Positions 1 through 6,616 of a DNA stretch of 28,808 bases are shown here, in pieces (positions within the stretch are counted from its first letter, which is position 1; every line of letters begins with the position of its first letter). Source of the stretch: a virus (Duplodnaviria; Caudoviricetes); IMG/VR virus record IMGVR_UViG_3300032291_000398, positions 1 to 28,808 of that record. One strand, given 5' to 3'. The position numbers and the translations under genes were made by a program. Below the pieces are notes generated by a model, which saw only the letters and a list, made by a program, of their open reading frames with translations, had not been told where the DNA came from and did not search any database.

Positions 1-52
1 TGGCTAAGTGAAAACATCACTTTGGCCTGTACTGCTTTACCTTGGAGAAAAT

Positions 53-265
53 ATGAATAGAGATAAGGTTTTAGAGCTTGCACGAGCCGCAAATATTGCG
101 ACGTACATAAATATTGAATCGCATTTAGTCGGAAATATTTTAGAGAAGTTTGCAGAACTAGTTGCAGCAGCAGAACGTGAAGCGTGTGCAAAGGTGTGTG
201 ATGGTTGGCCTGATTACAATGTTCAGGGGTTGGCTGAAGCTATCCGAGCAAGAGGTCAAAAGTAA
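53..265 (+). CDS. Small hypothetical phage protein (AAAEREACAKVCD-type)
   Basis: ATG at 53 follows GGAG at 44-47, so it is preferred over the ORF-track start at 8. The FAELVAAAEREACAKVCD...AEAIRARG pattern is common in small phage proteins. Its TAA abuts the next ATG. Confidence 0.75.
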   Translation: MNRDKVLELARAANIATYINIESHLVGNILEKFAELVAAAEREACAKVCDGWPDYNVQGLAEAIRARGQK

Positions 266-1813
266 ATGCAGATCATAGACAACAAAGCCTTACTACTAAA
301 AGTACGTGAGCCACAACGAATTACAGAAGTTATACCTAAGAGTAAGGTGTTAGATGACGGAAGCGTACTCGTCAAATGGGGACTTGAAGAAGCTCAAGTG
401 CTAAAGAACTTACGTATAAAAAATGTACCGTCTCCTATCAATGCACAGTACAAATGGCCGGGGCTATATAGACCGTTTGACCATCAAAAAACAACTGCAT
501 CATTCTTGACGCTACACCGCAGAGCATTTTGTTTTAACGAACAAGGTACAGGCAAGACGGGTAGTGTTATCTGGGCGGCTGATTACTTGATGAGCTTGGG
601 GCAGATCAGACGGGTACTAGTCTTGTGTCCTTTATCTATTATGCAGTCAGCATGGCAGAATGATTTGTTTAGATTCGCAGTACATCGTACCGTAGCTATT
701 GCACATAGTTCTTCAAGAGAGAAGCGTATCAAAGCTATCCAGAGTGACGCTGAGTTCGTAATAATTAACTACGACGGGTTAGATATTGTTAAGGAAACTA
801 TTAACGAAGAAGACTTTGATCTGATAGTTATTGATGAAGCTAACGCATATAAAACTGTTTCTACGAAGCGTTGGAAAGTACTAAACAGTATTATTAAACC
901 TAGCACATGGGTATGGATGTTGACGGGTACTCCGGCTTCTCAATCACCGACAGATGCGTATGGTCTAGCACGTATTGTTAACCCTGCAGGTGTACCTAAA
1001 TTCTTTGGGTCGTTCAGAGATATGGTGATGCAGAAAGTAACTACGTTTAAATATGTACCCAAGCCGCAGTCTGAGACCATAGTGCATAACGTATTACAAC
1101 CTGCGATTAGATTCACTAAAGAGGAATGCTTAGACCTACCAGAGATTACTTATGTCACACGTCAGATACCGCTCACTCCACAGCAACAGAAATATTATGA
1201 GCATCTACGTAAACACATGGTGGCAGTAGCAGCAGGCGAAGAGATCACGACAGTTAACGCAGCAGCAAACTTGAATAAATTACTCCAGCTTTCATGTGGC
1301 GCGGTATACACGGATAGTGGAGAGACAGTTGCCTTTGATGCATCTAACCGCATGGAAGCACTGAAAGAAGTTATAGATGAGGCAAGCCATAAAGTTATTG
1401 TGTTCGTACCATATCGCCATAGCATTCAGATAATTAGCGAAGAGTTAAAGAAGTGTGGTTATGCAACAGCAGTCATTAGTGGCGAAGTATCAGCAGGTAA
1501 ACGCACGGAGATATTTGATAAGTTTCAGACGGAAGATAACCCTAGAGTATTAATAATCCAACCACAAGCAGCATCGCATGGAGTAACACTGACGGCAGCA
1601 AATGTAGTTGTGTATTGGTCGCCCGTTATGTCTGTAGAAACGTATCTACAATGTAATGCAAGACCGCATAGAGCAGGACAACGTAACCCAGTAACAATCA
1701 TCCACTTGCAAGGCTCTCCTGTAGAGAAACGTATGTATGCAATGTTAGAAGCTAAAGTGGATATTCATTCCCGTGTTCTAGAACTATATAAAAATTTGTT
1801 AGAAAGTGATTGA
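266..1813 (+). CDS. SNF2-family (SF2) DNA helicase/ATPase
   Basis: Walker A EQGTGKT, motif Ia LCPLS, motif II IDEA, motif III LTGTP, HELICc region SHGVTLTAA, and motif VI QCNARPHRAGQ. Confidence 0.93.
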   Translation: MQIIDNKALLLKVREPQRITEVIPKSKVLDDGSVLVKWGLEEAQVLKNLRIKNVPSPINAQYKWPGLYRPFDHQKTTASFLTLHRRAFCFNEQGTGKTGSVIWAADYLMSLGQIRRVLVLCPLSIMQSAWQNDLFRFAVHRTVAIAHSSSREKRIKAIQSDAEFVIINYDGLDIVKETINEEDFDLIVIDEANAYKTVSTKRWKVLNSIIKPSTWVWMLTGTPASQSPTDAYGLARIVNPAGVPKFFGSFRDMVMQKVTTFKYVPKPQSETIVHNVLQPAIRFTKEECLDLPEITYVTRQIPLTPQQQKYYEHLRKHMVAVAAGEEITTVNAAANLNKLLQLSCGAVYTDSGETVAFDASNRMEALKEVIDEASHKVIVFVPYRHSIQIISEELKKCGYATAVISGEVSAGKRTEIFDKFQTEDNPRVLIIQPQAASHGVTLTAANVVVYWSPVMSVETYLQCNARPHRAGQRNPVTIIHLQGSPVEKRMYAMLEAKVDIHSRVLELYKNLLESD

Positions 1814-1838
1814 CAGTGTAAAATATAGAAACTAGAAT
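1810..1838 (+). promoter_or_regulatory. Sigma70-type promoter
   Basis: TTGACA (1810-1815), 17-nt spacer, TAGAAT (1833-1838). It lies just upstream of the RBS and ATG at 1867, and the -35 box overlaps the helicase TGA. Confidence 0.85.
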
Positions 1839-1866
1839 TAGTTCTGTACTACCCTTGGAGAAAGAT

Positions 1867-2274
1867 ATGAAATACGTAAAGAACAAAGAAATACCAACAG
1901 ATAAGTTGGTAAAGACGTATATAAAAATACGTGATACACGCAGACAACTCACTGCTGATTTTGAAACTAAAGATCGTGAGTTAGAAGAACTCTTAGAAAC
2001 AATCGAGACCGAATTACTAGAAGCATGCAAGTCTGTAGGAGCTGATAGTATACGCACCCCGTTTGGAACAATTAGCCGTACTGTGAAGAAGCGGTACTGG
2101 ACTAGTGATTGGCATTCATTCTATGAGTTTGTAAAAGAACATGGAGCGTTAGAGTTATTTGAGAAGCGTGTTGCGCAGACCAATATGTCTACGTTCCTTG
2201 AAGAAAACCCTGACTTGCATCCCCCGGGGTTAAATGTTGACAGCCGTTATTCGGTTGTTGTCCGTCGTAAATAA
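1867..2274 (+). CDS. Conserved phage hypothetical protein of replication modules (N-terminal coiled coil)
   Basis: GGAG at 1857-1860 precedes ATG at 1867. Pattern LVKTYIKIRD...SIRTPFGT...DWHSFYEFV...PPGLNV. Function unknown. Confidence 0.8.
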   Translation: MKYVKNKEIPTDKLVKTYIKIRDTRRQLTADFETKDRELEELLETIETELLEACKSVGADSIRTPFGTISRTVKKRYWTSDWHSFYEFVKEHGALELFEKRVAQTNMSTFLEENPDLHPPGLNVDSRYSVVVRRK

Positions 2275-2284
2275 GGAGAAATAT

Positions 2285-3205
2285 ATGAGCGAACTTGCTC
2301 TCTTTAGTAAAGGTTTACCTGCGCACCTTAAAGCACTGGAACTCGATGACACAACCAAAGCTCTAATGGGTGGCGGTGGTGGCGATTCTAAACGTATCTC
2401 TATCGAAGGTGGCGTTTGGCGCATGATGGTCAATGGTAAAGAAGTTGCCCAGAATGAAGACCGTTCAATGAATGTAGTTATCGTTGCCGCTGCACCTAAA
2501 GTATCCCGTATGTTTTATGCAGGTACTTACAAGAAGGGTGTTGTATCTTCTCCTGATTGTTGGTCTGCTGATGGGGAACAACCTGATGCGAAAGCTAATA
2601 GCCCACAGTCTAAGAAGTGTGGAGACTGCCCACAAAACGTCAAAGGCTCAGGTCAAGGCGATACACGTGCATGCCGCTTCCAACAACGTTTGGCTGTAGT
2701 ATTAGAGAACGATGTTGCCGGTGATGTTTATCAATTGACATTGCCATCTACTTCAATCTTTGGTGCAGGCGAGAATGGCAAATGGCCTCTTCAAACTTAC
2801 GCTAAGATGGTTGCAAGCAAAGGCGTTCCTATTACGTCCGTTGTGACTGAAATGCGTTTTGATACAAGCAGCTCAACTCCTAAGTTAACTTTTAAGCCTG
2901 CGCGTTACTTAGAGACCGATGAGTTTAATTCAGCTCTTGAGCAAGGTAAATCACCTGCGGCTATCAAAGCAATCACTATGACTGTTGCGCAAGCTGATGG
3001 AGTTAAAGGTGCTGAAGGTAGAGACACTGAATCTGATGAGTTTGAGGAAGCTCCCGCATCAGCGAAGGCTAACAGTACTGCGGCGAAGAGCAAAGCTGCG
3101 GAAGCGGATTCAGACGAACCGGTTAAAAGAGTTAGCAAAAAAGAAGATGCGCCCGCTCCTAAGAAGGATGTAAGTAAAATCCTCGACGAGTGGGATGATG
3201 AGTAA
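2285..3205 (+). CDS. Putative ssDNA-binding/annealing protein
   Basis: AAGGAG RBS at 2273-2278 before ATG 2285. Beta-rich core with PDCWS...CGDCPQN...C residues and a low-complexity acidic tail ending LDEWDDE, as in phage SSBs. It sits between helicase and primase. Function is inferred. Confidence 0.65.
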   Translation: MSELALFSKGLPAHLKALELDDTTKALMGGGGGDSKRISIEGGVWRMMVNGKEVAQNEDRSMNVVIVAAAPKVSRMFYAGTYKKGVVSSPDCWSADGEQPDAKANSPQSKKCGDCPQNVKGSGQGDTRACRFQQRLAVVLENDVAGDVYQLTLPSTSIFGAGENGKWPLQTYAKMVASKGVPITSVVTEMRFDTSSSTPKLTFKPARYLETDEFNSALEQGKSPAAIKAITMTVAQADGVKGAEGRDTESDEFEEAPASAKANSTAAKSKAAEADSDEPVKRVSKKEDAPAPKKDVSKILDEWDDE

Positions 3206-3437
3206 GGGGTACTCTTCCCATTTTGCTAGAACTGTGAATTCGGCGGACACTGATAAACTCGGTGTCCAGCTCGGTAACCTTTGTATTGAGAACGATATAC
3301 CGGCAATGGAAGTAGCTGAACACTTTGGGGTAACCCGAGCTACGATCTACAACTGGTTCAAAGGTACAACCAATGTGCCGCCATCGCATTGTGAAGCTGT
3401 ACTAGAGGCGATACAAAAGTTACTGGGCAAGTTCTAG
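3195..3437 (+). CDS. XRE/Cro-like helix-turn-helix DNA-binding protein
   Basis: HTH signature AMEVAEHFGVTRATIYNWFKG. The start overlaps the end of the upstream gene. Confidence 0.85.
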   Translation: MMSKGYSSHFARTVNSADTDKLGVQLGNLCIENDIPAMEVAEHFGVTRATIYNWFKGTTNVPPSHCEAVLEAIQKLLGKF

Positions 3438-3447
3438 CGTAACGGTT

Positions 3448-3539
3448 AAGGAGGCTAGGGAGCGCACCCGAAGAGGGTAGTTGCCGTCACTATCCCTGCC
3501 TACCTTTCTTAAAAGACGGATATAAAAACGAAGGCGGTT
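3448..3539 (+). promoter_or_regulatory. Structured 5' leader of the primase gene (candidate cis-regulatory RNA)
   Basis: AAGG-AGGC-T-AGGGA (3448-3461) pairs with TCCCT-GCCT-A-CCTT (3493-3506). It encloses ACCC-gaaga-GGGT and AGT-tgccgtc-ACT hairpins. The loop CCGTC is complementary to GACGG at 3515-3519. Confidence 0.55.
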
Positions 3540-6377
3540 ATGCTAACGAGGACAGACTTTCTTTCTTTAATTCTTCCCCCTACAGGTACATACTGTGTGG
3601 TTGGCTTGAAGAAAGATCAAAAACCAAAACAAATATTTGTTACCTCAGTCGAAGATATTGATAGTTATGCAGATGCGTTTGTCCATAAAGGATTCGATGC
3701 GTACTTTGCTCTAGCTTCTTTTGGAGATGACTCGGGACGTACAAATGCTAATGCGACACATTTAAATTCATTCTTCCTTGATTTGGATTGTGGCATCGGT
3801 AAGCCCTATGCTGATCAGGCTGAAGGTGTTACTGCGTTAAAAGAATTCATTAAGAAGACAGGCTTGCCTAAACCTACGGCTGTGGTTAATTCCGGTCGTG
3901 GTGTGCACTCATACTGGGTAGTTGAGCAGCCTGTTGAGAAGGACGAGTGGCGTGGTTTAGCTGAAGGATTAAAGGCACTATGTGTATCTCATGGGCTACA
4001 TGCTGACCCTGCTGTTACTGCTGACGTAGCGCGTATCCTGCGCATACCGGAGACTTTAAACTTTAAGAATCCTGATGATCCGCAGCCAGTTAAGCTGATT
4101 ATGGTTGGCTCACGGGTGGGTATTGAATCACTCAAAAACAAGTTTATAGCCGACGATTTCGTTATCCCGGGGACAAAACCTGTTCAGCGCACATTCGATC
4201 CAACCACACTGGCACTGCTAGGAAACTATCAGTCTCGGTTCAAAACTATCCTGATCAAGTCGGTTGAGGATGAAGGTTGCGCACAGCTTAAATACATCTA
4301 CGAGAACCAACCCATAGTCGAAGAGCCACTGTGGAGAGCCGGTCTGTCTATTGCACACCATTGCGTAGATGCTGATAAGGCTATTCATGTGATCTCTAAG
4401 AAGCACCCTGACTACGATGCACGTACCACTGAGAAGAAAGCTAATCAGACGAAAGGACCATATACCTGTGAGACATTTAAAAAGTTATCGCCAGAAGGTT
4501 GTGTGGGGTGTACGCAGCGGGTTAGCTCACCCATTCAGCTTGGTAGGGAAATCATCGAGCCGGATGATGAGCCGAAGGTTGTTGAAAGCCTCGAGCCGGT
4601 TACACAGGAAGTACGTACCTATGAGATTCCCAAATATCCGTTCCCATTCTTTAGGGGTAATGTCGGCGGGGTATATCGCAAGGGTGATCCGGATATCGCG
4701 GATGACAAAGATGAACTTATTTTCCCCTACGATTTTTATGTCACCAAAAGGCTCTACGATCCAGAAGATGGGGAGTGCATCATGCTCAGACTGCACTTGC
4801 CAAAAGATGGAGTAAGGGAGTTTATCGTACCTCTTAAAGATGTTATTTCAAAAGATAGGTTCATTAGTAGGCTTGCTGAGTACGGTATTGCTGCGTTGGG
4901 TAGAAAACAGGAGAAGATGATGATGTATACAACTAGATGGGTAGAAGAGCTACAAGCTATGGGTAAGGCAGAGATTGCACGTAAACAATTCGGATGGTTG
5001 TCGGATGACAGTGGTTTTATTATTGGTGACAGAGAGATTAGACCAGAGACTATTGAGTACAGTCCGCCATCAGCAACAACATTACCAGTAGTACCTGCAT
5101 TTGGTGCGCGTGGTGATTTCCAAGTATGGAAGGACACAATCAATCATTACCGTCATCCGGGGATGGAGCTACGTGCATTCGCACTGTTCATGGGCTTTGG
5201 TGGTCCACTTATGAAGTATGTTGCAGATGGTGCGCTTAGTGGGTTCTTACTTAACCTGATCAGTAGTGAGGGCGGTACGGGTAAATCTACGCTACTACAT
5301 GCTATCAATAGTATCTACGGCAACCCAGACGCATTGATGATGAGCTACAAGGATACGCACAACTTCCGCTTAAATAGATTCGGTGTGTATCAGAACCTCA
5401 CTGCAACCATCGACGAGTTAACTAATATGAAGCCGGAGGCTATGTCTGATCTGGTCTACGATATTACGTCAGGTAAAGGTAAGGGTCGCTTGTCTTCTAA
5501 AGCAAACGTAGAGCGTGTGAACAATACTTCATGGAAACTCCCAGTTGTATCTACGTCTAACAAGCTGATCAAAGATGCACTGCTTTCCATCAAGTCTTTC
5601 CCTGAGCCGGAACTACTGCGTATACTGGAGGGCTACTTGTCTATAGATAACTCTATGGATGCTATTCAATCTAAGCGCCACTTTGGTAGACTGCAGCACA
5701 ACTACGGACACGCCATAACACCGTTCATCCAACACGTGATGACTAACTTACCTCAGACCATTGAGTTTATTAACAAGATCAATGAGAAGGTAGACATTGC
5801 AGCAGGCATTACAAACAACGAACGCTTCTGGTCAGCAGGTCTGGCTATGGATTTAGCAGGTGGCATCATTGCAGGTCGATTAGGTTTGCACGATATTCCT
5901 ACTAAGCCTGTGTTTGATATGGCTGTAGAGATGGTTAAGAGCGCACGTAAGAACAACAAGGAGTCTATGTTTGATAGCCAAGATTTCTTAGGTGCTTTCT
6001 TACAGCGCCACTTCCATGAGATTCTGGTTATTAATGGTAAGGCGGATACACGCACAGGTATTGAACTCGGTCCGATTCGTGAGCCACGTGGGCAGTTGTC
6101 AGTGCGCTATGAGCCAGATACTAAGATGATGTATGTAGCCAACCGTGCATATCGTGAGGAGTGCAGCAAGTACCAGATGGGTTTCGATGCGTCTCTTGAG
6201 CCGTATGTAAAAAGCAAAGCGTTCTTGGGAGTTAAGAAGAAGCGTATGTTTGCAGGTACTGTAGCAAGCACTTCTCAGAACGTACAGGCATTGGTGTTCG
6301 ATGCTAGCCGACTAGGATTCTTTGATGAGGAGATACTGCTAAATGCTCCGCCTGCTGAACCTAGCGATTTTGATTGA
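3540..6377 (+). CDS. Primase-helicase fusion: AEP/RepB-type primase, Cys-containing middle domain, DUF927-type P-loop helicase
   Basis: AEP motifs FFLDLD, NSGRGVHSYW and RILRIPET. DUF927-like region with QFGW. Walker A EGGTGKST and Walker B TIDE, followed by GKGKGRL. Confidence 0.88.
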   Translation: MLTRTDFLSLILPPTGTYCVVGLKKDQKPKQIFVTSVEDIDSYADAFVHKGFDAYFALASFGDDSGRTNANATHLNSFFLDLDCGIGKPYADQAEGVTALKEFIKKTGLPKPTAVVNSGRGVHSYWVVEQPVEKDEWRGLAEGLKALCVSHGLHADPAVTADVARILRIPETLNFKNPDDPQPVKLIMVGSRVGIESLKNKFIADDFVIPGTKPVQRTFDPTTLALLGNYQSRFKTILIKSVEDEGCAQLKYIYENQPIVEEPLWRAGLSIAHHCVDADKAIHVISKKHPDYDARTTEKKANQTKGPYTCETFKKLSPEGCVGCTQRVSSPIQLGREIIEPDDEPKVVESLEPVTQEVRTYEIPKYPFPFFRGNVGGVYRKGDPDIADDKDELIFPYDFYVTKRLYDPEDGECIMLRLHLPKDGVREFIVPLKDVISKDRFISRLAEYGIAALGRKQEKMMMYTTRWVEELQAMGKAEIARKQFGWLSDDSGFIIGDREIRPETIEYSPPSATTLPVVPAFGARGDFQVWKDTINHYRHPGMELRAFALFMGFGGPLMKYVADGALSGFLLNLISSEGGTGKSTLLHAINSIYGNPDALMMSYKDTHNFRLNRFGVYQNLTATIDELTNMKPEAMSDLVYDITSGKGKGRLSSKANVERVNNTSWKLPVVSTSNKLIKDALLSIKSFPEPELLRILEGYLSIDNSMDAIQSKRHFGRLQHNYGHAITPFIQHVMTNLPQTIEFINKINEKVDIAAGITNNERFWSAGLAMDLAGGIIAGRLGLHDIPTKPVFDMAVEMVKSARKNNKESMFDSQDFLGAFLQRHFHEILVINGKADTRTGIELGPIREPRGQLSVRYEPDTKMMYVANRAYREECSKYQMGFDASLEPYVKSKAFLGVKKKRMFAGTVASTSQNVQALVFDASRLGFFDEEILLNAPPAEPSDFD

Positions 6378-6543
6378 TTGGGCAAACTTTAAGCCAGAGG
6401 CCTCATTCTTCATACCATGCCTAAATAGAAAGGAAGTGGCGGACTATGTGAAGGGTGAGGCAACTAGGCTGCGGATGCAGGTTGTCTGTAAACAAGTTAT
6501 CGAAAAAGGAAGATATGGCTTGCGCGTTTGGAGATTGGCATGA
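6343..6543 (+). CDS. Small basic hypothetical phage protein (SFFIPC...GLRVWR)
   Basis: GAGGAG at 6327-6332 upstream of ATG 6343. It overlaps the primase end and is the last gene of the + arm. Confidence 0.65.
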   Translation: MLRLLNLAILIDWANFKPEASFFIPCLNRKEVADYVKGEATRLRMQVVCKQVIEKGRYGLRVWRLA

Positions 6544-6549
6544 TATGCT
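6520..6549 (+). promoter_or_regulatory. Candidate extended -10 promoter with no downstream ORF
   Basis: TTGCGC (6520-6525), 18-nt spacer ending in TGA, then TATGCT (6544-6549), giving TGnTATGCT. Confidence 0.5.
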
Positions 6550-6555
6550 TCGCGT

Positions 6556-6616
6556 ACTCTACGTTTCTCCAAGGAAAAAAGAGCTTCGTCCCCGCCTCAG
6601 TTGCGGGGATTTTTTT
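6556..6616 (+). ncRNA. Candidate anti-Shine-Dalgarno small RNA (~60 nt)
   Basis: Bounded by a promoter-like site and an intrinsic terminator. Contains TTTCTCCAAGG (6564-6574), the exact reverse complement of CCTTGGAGAAA at 40-50 and 1853-1863. The 5' end is inferred. Confidence 0.55.
6589..6616 (+). terminator. Rho-independent terminator at the convergence of the two arms
   Basis: TCCCCGC-ctcagtt-GCGGGGA 7-bp stem followed by T7. Confidence 0.9.

Noticed and set aside
3438-3539. tRNA or known self-cleaving ribozyme in the primase leader
   Set aside because: No TTCGA T-loop or cloverleaf, and no hammerhead core (CTGATGA...GAAA). Kept only as an unnamed structured leader.
1195-6055. Minus-strand and alternative-frame ORFs within the replication arm
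   Set aside because: They are nested in well-supported genes and have no motifs or independent signals.
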